A stretch of DNA of 64,000 nt from an uncultured Verrucomicrobiota bacterium (GTDB taxonomy: Bacteria; Verrucomicrobiota; Kiritimatiellia; JAAZAB01). Of this stretch, positions 1 to 9,015 are shown piece after piece. The stretch spans positions 4,362 through 68,361 of the forward strand of contig CAYYWX010000003.1 in assembly GCA_964475405.1 (NCBI GenBank). Direction: 5' to 3'. The notes under the pieces were generated by a model. It did not search any database. It was not told where the DNA came from and was given only the letters and a program-made list of their open reading frames with translations. How positions within the stretch are numbered: position 1 is the first letter of the stretch; every line of letters starts with the position of its first letter. A program made the position numbers and the translations under genes.

Positions 1-575
1 ACGATCCTAAAAAACTTCACGCGATCAACGAACAAAAACTGAACGAGAGTCTCGCGCTTATTGGCAAGGTCATTGATTCATTCGGGCATTATATCCAGAT
101 GGTGACGGTTTGCGACGACATGGGCTCCCAAAACGGCCCGATGTGCAGCCCGGACTACATCGAGGCCTTTTGCATGCCGTATTACAAGAGGTTTTGCGAC
201 TTCGTCCACGCCAATAGCGACATCAAGGTCCTCCTGCATTGTTGCGGGTCGATCAAGCCCTTGATCCCGATGATCATCGGGGCGGGAGTTGACATACTCA
301 ATCCCGTCCAGATATCCGCGGAAAACATGGATCCGCAGGAATTGAAGGACGAATTCGGAGGACAAATATGTTTCTGGGGCGGCGGTTGCAACACCCAGCA
401 GATCTTGGGCGCCGGAACGGCCGGACAGGTCTCCGGGAACGTGAGCCGGCTAGCGAGAATTTTCAAGGCGAACAGCGGGTACGTTTTCAACCAGGTGCAT
501 AACATCATGGGCAATGTGCCGCCGGAAAATATTGTCGCCATGCTCGACGCCGCCTACGGGGAGAGTTTTGCTTGA
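1..575 (+). CDS. uroporphyrinogen decarboxylase (URO-D / MtaA-like) family protein, C-terminal part; 5-prime end outside the window
   Basis: Frame 3 is open from base 3 into listed ORF 99..575. The translation (HCCGSIKPLIPMIIGAGVDILNPVQ ... NQVHNIMGNVPPENIVAM) resembles the C-terminal half of URO-D family enzymes. Confidence 0.7.
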   Translation, partial: DPKKLHAINEQKLNESLALIGKVIDSFGHYIQMVTVCDDMGSQNGPMCSPDYIEAFCMPYYKRFCDFVHANSDIKVLLHCCGSIKPLIPMIIGAGVDILNPVQISAENMDPQELKDEFGGQICFWGGGCNTQQILGAGTAGQVSGNVSRLARIFKANSGYVFNQVHNIMGNVPPENIVAMLDAAYGESFA

Positions 576-577
576 AT

Positions 578-730
578 GGGATGGACCATTAAGTTAAGAA
601 ATCAGAAACGTTCAACCTTCAACATCCAACGTTCAATTATTTTGGGATGGACCGTTAAGAGATCGGAAACGTCCAATGGCGCGAAACGCGCCATTCCGCC
701 AGAGGCTAGATCCAACGTTCAATTACTTTG
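578..730. repeat. two imperfect tandem copies of an intergenic word repeat (GGGATGGACCNTTAAG ... TCCAACGTTCAATTAYTTT)
   Basis: Unit 1 is 578-643 and unit 2 is 644-730. Both start with GGGATGGACC and end with TCCAACGTTCAATTA. The repeat lies between convergent genes. Confidence 0.6.
675..695. terminator. perfect 9-bp stem / 3-nt loop hairpin between convergent genes; possible bidirectional terminator
   Basis: AATGGCGCG-AAA-CGCGCCATT. No clear U-tract follows it, so the call is weak. Confidence 0.3.
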
Positions 731-775
731 ATTCATCCTGACTCGAAGCGGGAAATGTTGTCTGCCGCAAGTTTA

Positions 776-1714
776 TCAAAATAAATTCTGGAACATGCGC
801 GCTACGATCGGGCCGAGCATCACGAGAAAGACCACCGGGAAGATGAATGCTACCAGCGGGAAGAGCATCTTGACCGGCGCCTCGTTCGCGAGCTTTTCAG
901 CGCGCATGAAACGCCTGGTCCTGATTTCGCCGGACTGGATTCTCAAAATCGTGCCGATGCTCACGCCCATTTCATCCGCCTGGATCAGGGCGCTCGTGAG
1001 CGAGGAAATATCCGGCTGGCGGACGCGGTCCGCCATGCTCTGCAGCGCGGCCCGGCGTGTTTTCCCAAGCTGGATTTCAAAGAGCATGCGTGAGAACTCT
1101 TCCGCGATCGGGTCGGGGGAGCGCTTTTCAATGATGTTCTTCAGGGCGGTCATGAAGTCCAGTCCGGCCTCGACCGAGAGGGTGAGGAGGTCAATGACAA
1201 ACGGCAAAGCCTTCACAATCTGATGGTGCCGCTCGGCGATGGCCTGCTTGAGCCAAAGCCCGGGATAAGCCGCGCACCATAAAACAGCCGCAATCGCAAA
1301 GACAAGCGAGTTGGCGCCCGTGTGCCCTGCGAAACGCTGCTGGGCCAGGGCGAAAAGCAGTGCGACCAGCAGAGCCAGGAGCGTGCCGATGACCAGCGGC
1401 ATCAGGACGCGCAGCGCCAGGAAATCCGATGCCCCCAGCAGGTCGTCAAATCCCCCCGAGACCAAGCGTTGCAAGACGCGTTCGCGCATGCGCTTGAAAC
1501 GCGGCTTGTTGAAGTATTGCGACAGGGCGGGGGTCAGCGGCAGGAGAATCCGGAGCAGGAGCGGAAGACGTCGTTCCTGCCGGCGCCCGTCGGCGAGGGT
1601 GATATAGGTCATGGCGGTGGCCGCCTGGGCGATGTGCCAGACCAGGCCCGCGAGGAAAATGCCCGCCAGGCCGGCAATGATGCCTTCAATGATGATGTTG
1701 AATATATTGCTCAT
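776..1714 (-). CDS. tadC: Tad pilus inner-membrane platform protein TadC-like (T2SS-F family)
   Basis: 312 aa with TM segments at both ends and a central T2SSF-like soluble domain (LPFVIDLLTLSVEAGLDFMTAL). It is the last gene after tadB and cpaF, and its start overlaps the tadB stop. Confidence 0.8.
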   Translation of the reverse strand: MSNIFNIIIEGIIAGLAGIFLAGLVWHIAQAATAMTYITLADGRRQERRLPLLLRILLPLTPALSQYFNKPRFKRMRERVLQRLVSGGFDDLLGASDFLALRVLMPLVIGTLLALLVALLFALAQQRFAGHTGANSLVFAIAAVLWCAAYPGLWLKQAIAERHHQIVKALPFVIDLLTLSVEAGLDFMTALKNIIEKRSPDPIAEEFSRMLFEIQLGKTRRAALQSMADRVRQPDISSLTSALIQADEMGVSIGTILRIQSGEIRTRRFMRAEKLANEAPVKMLFPLVAFIFPVVFLVMLGPIVARMFQNLF

Positions 1715-2589
1715 TAGACGTCAATGTTGATTATTTTCCTGATAAGCAGGGCGCCGGCGGTCTCGAGGATAAGGGCCGCGACCGCGATGACCATGCCGAT
1801 CGACGATGTGAAGAACGAGAGCATCATCCTGGGGTCAAGGAAGAACATCGCGATCACCAGGAAAACCGGCATGATCCCGACCACGATCCCCTGCAGCCGG
1901 CCCTGCGAGGTGAGCGTCAGGATCTTTTTCTGGATTTTCAGTCTTTCCCTGATTATGGCGGAAATTTTGTCAAACACCTCCGTCAGGTTGCCGCCGGTCT
2001 GGCGCGCGATTTCAATCGCCCGGATCATGATGGTCAAATCCTCGCACTTGACCCGGTTGTTGAGGTTGGCGAGCGCGTCCTCGAATTTAACCCCGAGCCT
2101 GGTTTCCTGGAGGAAAAGGTTGAATTCCTGTGAAATGGGCGTCTGGTTCTGGCGCACGATATGCTCAAAGGCCTGGGTGATGCTGGATCCCGCGCGCAGG
2201 GCGTTGCTCATGGTCATCAGCGCGTCAACCAGCTGTTCATTGAATTGCTCCAGGCGTCGGCGCTTGATGATCGCCAGGTACCAGCGCGGCAGGTTGAGCA
2301 TGATCGCGGCCGCGATCCCGCCGGCGATTATGCCCTGGATGGTCCCGGCCGGCGAGCTGAAATCGCTCGCCGCCAGGAAGATGAGCAGGAAAGCGATAAT
2401 TGAAGCGGACCAAGCCAGCTCCGAAATGCGGCGCGGCGGGATGAACAGGAAAATATCGGCAAACTGCCGCGAGGTTTCCTCGGTGTGGACCTTGTTGTAG
2501 GTTTCGGCCCCCGCGCGCATTATCTGCAGGATGTAATACGTCAGCCCGGCAAAGCAGACCAGGTATAAAAATTGTATGAAAAAAATCAT
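1714..2589 (-). CDS. tadB: Tad pilus inner-membrane platform protein TadB-like (T2SS-F family)
   Basis: T2SSF-type domain (LVDALMTMSNALRAGSSITQAFE) flanked by TM helices. The listed ORF runs to 2622. The ATG at 2589 avoids overlap with the cpaF stop at 2594 and is preferred. Confidence 0.8.
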   Translation of the reverse strand: MIFFIQFLYLVCFAGLTYYILQIMRAGAETYNKVHTEETSRQFADIFLFIPPRRISELAWSASIIAFLLIFLAASDFSSPAGTIQGIIAGGIAAAIMLNLPRWYLAIIKRRRLEQFNEQLVDALMTMSNALRAGSSITQAFEHIVRQNQTPISQEFNLFLQETRLGVKFEDALANLNNRVKCEDLTIMIRAIEIARQTGGNLTEVFDKISAIIRERLKIQKKILTLTSQGRLQGIVVGIMPVFLVIAMFFLDPRMMLSFFTSSIGMVIAVAALILETAGALLIRKIINIDV

Positions 2590-2593
2590 AATA

Positions 2594-4279
2594 TCACAAC
2601 GGCATGAACATGCTCCGGTCAATTGACAGGCCGCGCACGCCTATTTCTTCCATAAAGGTCGGCACCGCGCCGGTTGCCTTGAAATCGCCCTTCACCTTCC
2701 CGTTGTGGTCAATGCCGGTCTGGGTGAAAACAAAGAGATCCTGCATGGTGATGCGGTCGCCTTCCTGCCCGGCCACCTCGGTTATATGGGTCACCTTGCG
2801 CGAGCCGTCGCTCAGGCGCGCGGTCTGGATGATGAGGTGGATGGCGGAGGCGATCTGCTCGCGGATGGCGCGCGAAGGCAGGTCAACGCCCGACATGAGG
2901 GTCATGGTTTCCAGGCGCGCGATCGTATCGCGCGGCGTGTTGGCATGGACCGTGGTTATCGAGCCGTCATGGCCGGTGTTCATGGCCTGCAGCATGTCAA
3001 GCGCCTCGCCGCCGCGGCACTCGCCGATGATTATCCGGTCGGGGCGCATTCGCAAGGCGTTGCGCAGGAGGTCGCGGATCATTATCGCCCCGCGCCCCTC
3101 AATGTTGGGCGGGCGCGATTCGAGGCGGACGACGTGCGGCTGGGTGAGGCGCAGTTCGGCCGCGTCCTCGATCGTGACAATCCGGTCGGTTTCCGGCAGA
3201 AACGATCCAAGCACATTGAGGAAAGTTGTTTTTCCCGAACCGGTTCCGCCCGCGACGACGATATTCTTGCGGAGCAGGACGCAGACATGCAGGAATTCAA
3301 CCATCGCCGGCGTGATTGTCCCGAACCGGATCAGGTCGGTCATGGTCATCGGCTCCTTTGAAAACTTGCGGATGGTGATGCATGGGCCGTTGAGCGCCAG
3401 GGGCGGGATGATGGCGTTGACGCGCGAGCCGTCCTTCAGGCGGGCGTCAACATACGGCTGGCTCTCGTCAATCCGCCGCCCGATCGGCGCGACGATTCTT
3501 TCGATGATCGCCAGGACGGAACTGTCGTCCATGAAAATCTGGTCGCTCTGGACCAGCTTGCCGTTCTTTTCAATGTAGACCTGGTCGGCGCGGTTGACCA
3601 TGATTTCCGTGATTTCCGGGTCGGCCAGCAGGTCTTCCAGCGGCCCGAGCCCGACGGCCTCATCGAATATTTCCTTGATCAGCGCCTTGGCGTCAATCCA
3701 GTCCGGCAGGCGGTCGCGGATTTCCTTGACGATCTCCTCAAGGGTTTCATGCGTGCGGCGGTGCAAATCCTCCTCCTTGATATGGGTGGCGGTCAGGCGC
3801 TTGATGTCAAGCCGTTCCAGCAGGGCGGAATGAATCTGTTTCTTGATTTCGCATTTCTGCAGGCGCTGATTGTGGTCCGATTCGCTGACTTGCGGCGCCT
3901 TGCCGTGGATCGGCTGGGATTCGGCCGCTTTCTGCTTTAAGGAAATCATCTGCGTCACCGCGGCGGAAGGCTGGACAATCAGCAGGCACGACCCGATCCG
4001 GATGGCCTGGCCGGGCGAATAGGCCGTGCGGCCGGTCACCCTGACGCCGTTCAGGTATGTGCCGCCCTTGCTGTTTAGGTCTTCCACCCAGAAGCCGTCG
4101 TTGTAAAAAAACAAAATCGCGTGGCGGCCGTCAATGCCCCGGTCGGGCACGATGATTTTATTCCCGTTTTCCGAGCCGACCGGGTAAACGCCGAACCCGA
4201 TTTCATATATGTCCGGCTCGTGGTCGGGGCGCCGGATTTCCAGCTTGATGACGTCGGATGCTTTCTTTTCGGTGCTCAT
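2594..4279 (-). CDS. cpaF: FHA-domain-fused CpaF/TadA-type pilus assembly ATPase
   Basis: The N-terminal FHA signature is GRHAILFFYNDGFWVEDLNSKGGTYLNGVRV. The C-terminal T2SS-E/VirB11-like ATPase has Walker A GGTGSGKTTFLN, plus RIIIGECRGGEALDMLQAMNTGHDGS. Confidence 0.9.
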   Translation of the reverse strand: MSTEKKASDVIKLEIRRPDHEPDIYEIGFGVYPVGSENGNKIIVPDRGIDGRHAILFFYNDGFWVEDLNSKGGTYLNGVRVTGRTAYSPGQAIRIGSCLLIVQPSAAVTQMISLKQKAAESQPIHGKAPQVSESDHNQRLQKCEIKKQIHSALLERLDIKRLTATHIKEEDLHRRTHETLEEIVKEIRDRLPDWIDAKALIKEIFDEAVGLGPLEDLLADPEITEIMVNRADQVYIEKNGKLVQSDQIFMDDSSVLAIIERIVAPIGRRIDESQPYVDARLKDGSRVNAIIPPLALNGPCITIRKFSKEPMTMTDLIRFGTITPAMVEFLHVCVLLRKNIVVAGGTGSGKTTFLNVLGSFLPETDRIVTIEDAAELRLTQPHVVRLESRPPNIEGRGAIMIRDLLRNALRMRPDRIIIGECRGGEALDMLQAMNTGHDGSITTVHANTPRDTIARLETMTLMSGVDLPSRAIREQIASAIHLIIQTARLSDGSRKVTHITEVAGQEGDRITMQDLFVFTQTGIDHNGKVKGDFKATGAVPTFMEEIGVRGLSIDRSMFMPL

Positions 4280-4283
4280 TGAA

Positions 4284-5078
4284 TCAGATGTCTTTCTTGT
4301 GCCGGATTTCCCTCTGCCGGATCATGTTAAGCGTCGGCAATTGTTTCTGGATATGCTCGAAATTGACGTTGGGGATGTTGGTGATATAGGTGACGTCGGC
4401 CGGGTTGCGCAGCGCCAGGCTTAATTTGCCCTTGACGGACTGGGCGAAAACAAGCAGTTCCGCCTCGTGCGGCGTTACCTCGAAGGTGACGGTGTTATAG
4501 CCGCGCGGCGCCTTTTCGCCGCGCCCGGCCTTGTCGGCCGTTGTCTGTCCGGTGGCCAGGACGGTCACATCCTGAAGGACGGTGAGCGTGACGTTTTCCA
4601 TGGCCGTCGCGGAAGCGGGCGAGGGGAAGGAAAACGTCCCGAGGACGTCCACGTGGTCGTTGGGCTTGATCATGGCGCTGACCGAGGCGACGGCGTCAAC
4701 CGAGATGGAAATCGCGCGCATGGACGGGTTGATCATTTCCGCCAGCCCCCCTTCGCCCCGATAGGGGACGTCAACGTCCGACCATTGGATCGGGTCGCCG
4801 CGGGCAATATTATAAAGAAGTTTCTTGCCGAATATTTCGCGCACCGATTCCGGCAGGATGGCGCGTCCGCCGACGTTGCTCTGGAAAACAAGCGCCTTGG
4901 CCAGGTCGGCGTTTTTCAGGACCGAACCCGCCGGCAGGTCGCGGTCGGCGACGACCACGAAGACTCTTTTCGCTGAGCCGAGAATCCGCTCGCGCTCAAA
5001 GCGCAGGTACCTGCCCGTAAGCCAGAACGCCGCGACGCCGGCGATGATCGCGACGAGCAAAATTATTTTTTGTTTCAT
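4284..5078 (-). CDS. cpaB: Flp pilus assembly protein CpaB/RcpC-like
   Basis: 264 aa with an N-terminal TM anchor, then a SAF-like segment (VVVADRDLPAGSVLKNADL). It sits immediately upstream of cpaF. Confidence 0.75.
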   Translation of the reverse strand: MKQKIILLVAIIAGVAAFWLTGRYLRFERERILGSAKRVFVVVADRDLPAGSVLKNADLAKALVFQSNVGGRAILPESVREIFGKKLLYNIARGDPIQWSDVDVPYRGEGGLAEMINPSMRAISISVDAVASVSAMIKPNDHVDVLGTFSFPSPASATAMENVTLTVLQDVTVLATGQTTADKAGRGEKAPRGYNTVTFEVTPHEAELLVFAQSVKGKLSLALRNPADVTYITNIPNVNFEHIQKQLPTLNMIRQREIRHKKDI

Positions 5079-5117
5079 TATGTTTTCCTTTATATGATTT
5101 CAATAATGACGGCAGGA

Positions 5118-5930
5118 TCACTGCCCTTTTATTTCTTTTAACAGGATAGTAACACAGGTTTTGTTTTCGCGCAAGGCTTGCCCCGCCTGGGCGGCGGCAT
5201 GCCCGATCCTCATGACGCACAGGGCGTTTCCGCGCCGGTAGATCTGGAAATAATCCGTCCCGGACTCGTTTCCGGCCGGGGATATGTTTTCCCACCCGTT
5301 GCGGGATAAATAGCCGGACAGCTCGTCGTTTGTCCGTCCCGGCGGTTCGGAGGTTGTGAACGATTCGAGCGTGGCGCCCGTTTCCTCGTTCCTGATGGTT
5401 GTCGCCAGGCTGCTTCCCGCCGGCGGCGAGCGGCCAAATACAACGCTTTCGGCGGATGGCGCCGGGGATTTCGGCATATCGGAAATTTGCCGGGTAAATT
5501 CAAAAATAACGGAATTATCAGAAGCGGGCATGGAGAGCATAAGCAGGCGCGAAATACGGTCATGGGCGGTGCTGGACATCATGGTTGAATTGGGGCTTTC
5601 CGTGAATTGGTTTTCATTTCCCGGGCCGGAATGCTTTTTCAATTTTGCCGTCACCGCCGGCAGCGAATCGTCGCTGCCATAGACGGAAAGCGCGGCGGGC
5701 GAGCCGTTGACAAGCAGCGGGCACTTGTAGATCTGGCGCCAGTCGCCGGACGGGTCGAACAATGAAGCGCCCCTGGTCATCAAGCGGCTCCAGAAAACTT
5801 TCCCGGAGGAGGTCGTAAACGGCAGGAATACAAGGAGGATGATAAAGATAACCAGCAGCCATCCGCCCGGTTTCATCCGGGAATCCGGGCGGCGCGCAAC
5901 TTTGAACTTTGAACTTAATTCTTCACTCAT
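5118..5930 (-). CDS. hypothetical single-pass membrane protein inside the Tad operon
   Basis: It has one TM segment (GGWLLVIFIILLVFLPF) followed by Ser/Pro-rich and globular parts. No motif was recognised. The ATG at 5930 abuts the stop of the upstream gene at 5933, although the listed ORF extends to 5963. Confidence 0.5.
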   Translation of the reverse strand: MSEELSSKFKVARRPDSRMKPGGWLLVIFIILLVFLPFTTSSGKVFWSRLMTRGASLFDPSGDWRQIYKCPLLVNGSPAALSVYGSDDSLPAVTAKLKKHSGPGNENQFTESPNSTMMSSTAHDRISRLLMLSMPASDNSVIFEFTRQISDMPKSPAPSAESVVFGRSPPAGSSLATTIRNEETGATLESFTTSEPPGRTNDELSGYLSRNGWENISPAGNESGTDYFQIYRRGNALCVMRIGHAAAQAGQALRENKTCVTILLKEIKGQ

Positions 5931-5932
5931 GG

Positions 5933-6469
5933 TTAATATATTCCTCCGGCCCATACCAGCCACGCCGCGCTTTCGACGCTGATCACCGGTTCGCCGCTGA
6001 TCAGCCGGCCCGATCCCGGAATGGCGGATAAATCAACCGGCATGCTTTCAATGCCGTTTACCAGGTATAACTCGCTCAATTGGTCGGGCGACATCTGGAG
6101 CCTTGATATGGAGTTCGGCGGCGCCGTAATGCTGCCCAGGCCGGAATTGGTGGTAATGCCCGCAACCAGCGTCGGCGCGGTTCCGTCCGGTATTGGCAAA
6201 TCGTCATGCGTGTAACCGACATTGTCCGCGCCGGCCTGCCAATCCGATATAAACCTGGCGCCGAGCGGTCCGAGGTAAAGCGGATTCAATGCGCGCGTGC
6301 CGGCCGTCTCGCGCGCCTTGGTCATGGTGTGGATATGGGCCCATTCCATCCGGTTGAGAAGAACCATGCCGACGATCACCGCCATGATGGCGACCAGCGC
6401 GATGGTGAACTCAATCATGGCCTGCCCGCCGCACTGCGAAACTTTATTACTTTTATTCATACGATTCAC
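5933..6469 (-). CDS. TadE-like pseudopilin
   Basis: The N-terminus MNRMNKSNKVSQCGG|QAMIEFTIALVAIMAVIVGMVLL carries a Flp/TadE-type processing motif (G, then x4, then E-F) followed by a hydrophobic helix. Confidence 0.7.
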   Translation of the reverse strand: MNRMNKSNKVSQCGGQAMIEFTIALVAIMAVIVGMVLLNRMEWAHIHTMTKARETAGTRALNPLYLGPLGARFISDWQAGADNVGYTHDDLPIPDGTAPTLVAGITTNSGLGSITAPPNSISRLQMSPDQLSELYLVNGIESMPVDLSAIPGSGRLISGEPVISVESAAWLVWAGGIY

Positions 6470-6494
6470 GCTTTACGAGTCCTGAATCACGCGC

Positions 6495-8006
6495 TTAATG
6501 TCCCCGGCGCGCTCCGCCCCCGGGGCCTGGCCCGGAACCGGACCTGACGCAGGTGTGCTCTATGCAATGTTCCTGCACCCAGTCAATCATATCCTGGCGG
6601 AAGAGGGGATCCTCCCATGTCCGGAGCTGCTGGCAATACCAGCAATCCGCGCTCAAGCCTTCCAGGCCGCTCTCAACATAAAGCGGCAGGTGGGTTTCGA
6701 TGTGATCGCGCCAGGCGAGGTCATAAGCTCCACCGGAGGGTGATGAGGATGCGTCAACCGGGATCAGTCGCACGTCGTGGAACGCCGGCAGGACGATCTG
6801 GTAAGAATCCGGCCTGATCTGCGTTCCCTCGTCGGTGGTCAGGTAGCCGAACGGTTTTGCCGCGGCGGTGCATGAAATCCGGCGGTCGGAAGCACTCGGC
6901 ATCAGGCGCTCGGAGACGGCTTCAATCCGCGTAACGGCGTCGGCGCCGGCGTAGTCGTACTGCGGCTTGACATGCTTTTCGGGGAAAATCGGGAAGGATG
7001 GATCTTTCATAATCGGCCAGTCGCTCCATTTTGAAGACTGGTAGATGAACCACTTGGCCGCGGTTGTGGCGACCGAATTGCTGATGGTTTGCGTCCCCAG
7101 GTTTCTTTCCGTCCGCAACGAATTCATTTTCGCGACTGTTGGCGTTCCCCCGGGGAGGGTGGAGAGAGTTGTCAGTCCGAGGCCGTAAATCTCGCTGTTT
7201 TCCGGCTGGCTTTGCGGAACTTGGGGCGGCAGGGCGGGCCAGGATTCATAGTCCAGGTAGGTTTGGAGGATGGTCCAGGCATACCAGTAAAACCAGCACC
7301 ATTCCTGCCCGGCGATCGCATTGTAAAAATCCATTGAAAGGAGAATATGTCCGCCGGAGTAATCCGTGTAATAGGCGGTGTTGTCCGGCGCCGCGGCCAC
7401 GCCCGCGGCGGCAACACTCTTGATCATCGTGCCGTATTCATTCCAGCACCCGGCGTATGGTTCGGCAAAAACAGCGCTGTAATCGGCAAGAACCGAATTT
7501 GCGTGGGTGGCCATGCGTTCGCTGAAGGACTTGCTGACGTAAATGCCGTTATTCTTGGCGGCCTGCTGGGAAGCAAGCAGGCCGACCAGCGGGCCGGCAT
7601 AACAAAGCCGCGATTGAGTTTCCGCGATTTGCCCGGCCAGGTCGCCGTCGTTGATGCTCAATGCGACGGCCTGCATGATGTTCAGGTCGCCGATCAGGTT
7701 CAGTGTTACGGCCTGCCAGCGCGCGGCGGCCAGCGCGGAAGCATCGGCCGCGTTCTGAGAGCGCATCTTGAGATGAATGACCTTGTGCAGGTCAAAATTC
7801 CAGATGATTGCCGTGGCGAGGATCAGCAGGACCATGAGCAGGAAAATCATGACCTGCCCGCCGCAATGCCCGGCTTTGGGCGAGGCCTGCCCACAGTCGC
7901 TTCGCTCCAGGTGTGGCAGGCAAGCCTGCCCGGATATTATTCGGTGACATAAATGTTTCATTTCTTTGTAATTGCCTTCTTCCGGCCATTCTTTGCCGTG
8001 CTTCAA
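6495..8006 (-). CDS. TadG-like pilus-associated protein with a long repeat-containing leader
   Basis: After a GGQ site comes the hydrophobic helix VMIFLLMVLLILATAIIWNFDLHKV, then MRSQNAADASALAAARW, typical of the TadE/G-like N-terminal domain. Its size (~500 aa) also fits TadG. An alternative start is the ATG at 7961. Confidence 0.6.
   Translation of the reverse strand: MKHGKEWPEEGNYKEMKHLCHRIISGQACLPHLERSDCGQASPKAGHCGGQVMIFLLMVLLILATAIIWNFDLHKVIHLKMRSQNAADASALAAARWQAVTLNLIGDLNIMQAVALSINDGDLAGQIAETQSRLCYAGPLVGLLASQQAAKNNGIYVSKSFSERMATHANSVLADYSAVFAEPYAGCWNEYGTMIKSVAAAGVAAAPDNTAYYTDYSGGHILLSMDFYNAIAGQEWCWFYWYAWTILQTYLDYESWPALPPQVPQSQPENSEIYGLGLTTLSTLPGGTPTVAKMNSLRTERNLGTQTISNSVATTAAKWFIYQSSKWSDWPIMKDPSFPIFPEKHVKPQYDYAGADAVTRIEAVSERLMPSASDRRISCTAAAKPFGYLTTDEGTQIRPDSYQIVLPAFHDVRLIPVDASSSPSGGAYDLAWRDHIETHLPLYVESGLEGLSADCWYCQQLRTWEDPLFRQDMIDWVQEHCIEHTCVRSGSGPGPGGGARRGH
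7853..7931 (-). repeat. leader-module repeat, copy A (modules X then Y), in frame in the TadG-like gene
   Basis: The DNA is near-identical to 8548-8616 and 9144-9237. It translates as GQ-ACLPHLERSDCGQ-ASPKAGHCGGQ. Confidence 0.85.
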
Positions 8007-8050
8007 CGCTGAACCGTGAACGATGAACTGTGAACTTTATTTTATAAATA

Positions 8051-8695
8051 TCATTCAAGGTACAGCGAGGCGTGGTTATCCATTATCAGGTCTGTTACAA
8101 GCGGAAAGGTGGTGTTGCCGTAGTAAGCCCCGGACATGGCGGGGAAAAAACGGAACGGCATATCCTGCGACACGGCGAAGCTGAAATTTAGGCCGAAGTC
8201 ATCCGGGTAACTGCAGCTGATGGTCTCCCAGTCCTCATACTGCAGGAAGCTGTCGAGCACATTCCACTCGGAATTCAAATAGAGCGGGATCCTTGCGCGT
8301 TCTATGGCCATCTGGGCGATGGGACCGCCGGTAATTTCCGGGAATGTCATCTTGCCCGCATTGGGGATGGCCCCGATCTTGACAACTTTATCGACCATAA
8401 AGTCGTTGAATCCCACTGTCTTGGCGCGCGCGCCGCGGAAAGCGGCATGGGCTGAAACGGCTTTTGCCGAGTAAAGCTGGGAAAGCTGGAAAAATGCCGA
8501 CAATATCAGGCAGATTAGCGCGATCACCAGGCAGGATTCGATAAGGGCCTGCCCACAGTCGCTTCGCTCCAGGTGTGGCAGGCAAGCCTGCCCGCCACAA
8601 TGCCCGGCTTTGGGCGTGGCCGATCCGCTCTGCCGCTGAAAGTGGAATAAAACTGAATTACAGCCCAGTCCTGTTTTTGCGGTGACAACACTCAT
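8051..8695 (-). CDS. TadE-like pseudopilin with a repeat-containing leader
   Basis: ...CG|QALIESCLVIALICLILSAFF is followed by a TadE-like region. The listed ORF runs to 8770 and would overlap flp. The ATG at 8695 (MSVVTAK...) is preferred. Confidence 0.6.
   Translation of the reverse strand: MSVVTAKTGLGCNSVLFHFQRQSGSATPKAGHCGGQACLPHLERSDCGQALIESCLVIALICLILSAFFQLSQLYSAKAVSAHAAFRGARAKTVGFNDFMVDKVVKIGAIPNAGKMTFPEITGGPIAQMAIERARIPLYLNSEWNVLDSFLQYEDWETISCSYPDDFGLNFSFAVSQDMPFRFFPAMSGAYYGNTTFPLVTDLIMDNHASLYLE
8548..8616 (-). repeat. leader-module repeat, copy B (modules Y then X)
   Basis: It translates as PKAGHCGGQ-ACLPHLERSDCGQ. The DNA is near-identical to copies A and C, but with the modules in the opposite order. 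Confidence 0.85.
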
Positions 8696-8744
8696 TAGCT
8701 TTGCGGCAATTGGCCGAATGCCGGTTTTATGCGAACGGGTCTGT

Positions 8745-8981
8745 TCAAGGCGTGGAACCGGAAGATCCAAGCGTCTTCAGATAATCAACCGACTTGGTTT
8801 GGTTCGCGCTGTCAACTTCCGACTGGTCGCCGCCCAGTTCGGTCACCGCGCCGCCCACCATTTTCCGGATCTGGTCGCCGAAAAGCCCGAAAACCGCCAG
8901 GGCCGCCAGGGCAATAATCGCTACGATAATGATATATTCGGTCATCGCTTGCCCGGCGCGGGAATTTTTATTTATTTTCAA
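8745..8981 (-). CDS. flp: Flp-family type IVb pilin
   Basis: 78 aa. MKINKNSRAG|QAMTEYIIIVAIIALAALAVFGLF is a canonical Flp motif (G, then x4, then E-Y, then a hydrophobic stretch). The TTG start is preceded by a strong SD, GGAGAGGAGGG. Confidence 0.8.
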   Translation of the reverse strand: MKINKNSRAGQAMTEYIIIVAIIALAALAVFGLFGDQIRKMVGGAVTELGGDQSEVDSANQTKSVDYLKTLGSSGSTP

Positions 8982-9015
8982 GTGAATGCCCTCCTCTCCT
9001 GTTGTTTTTTTCCTG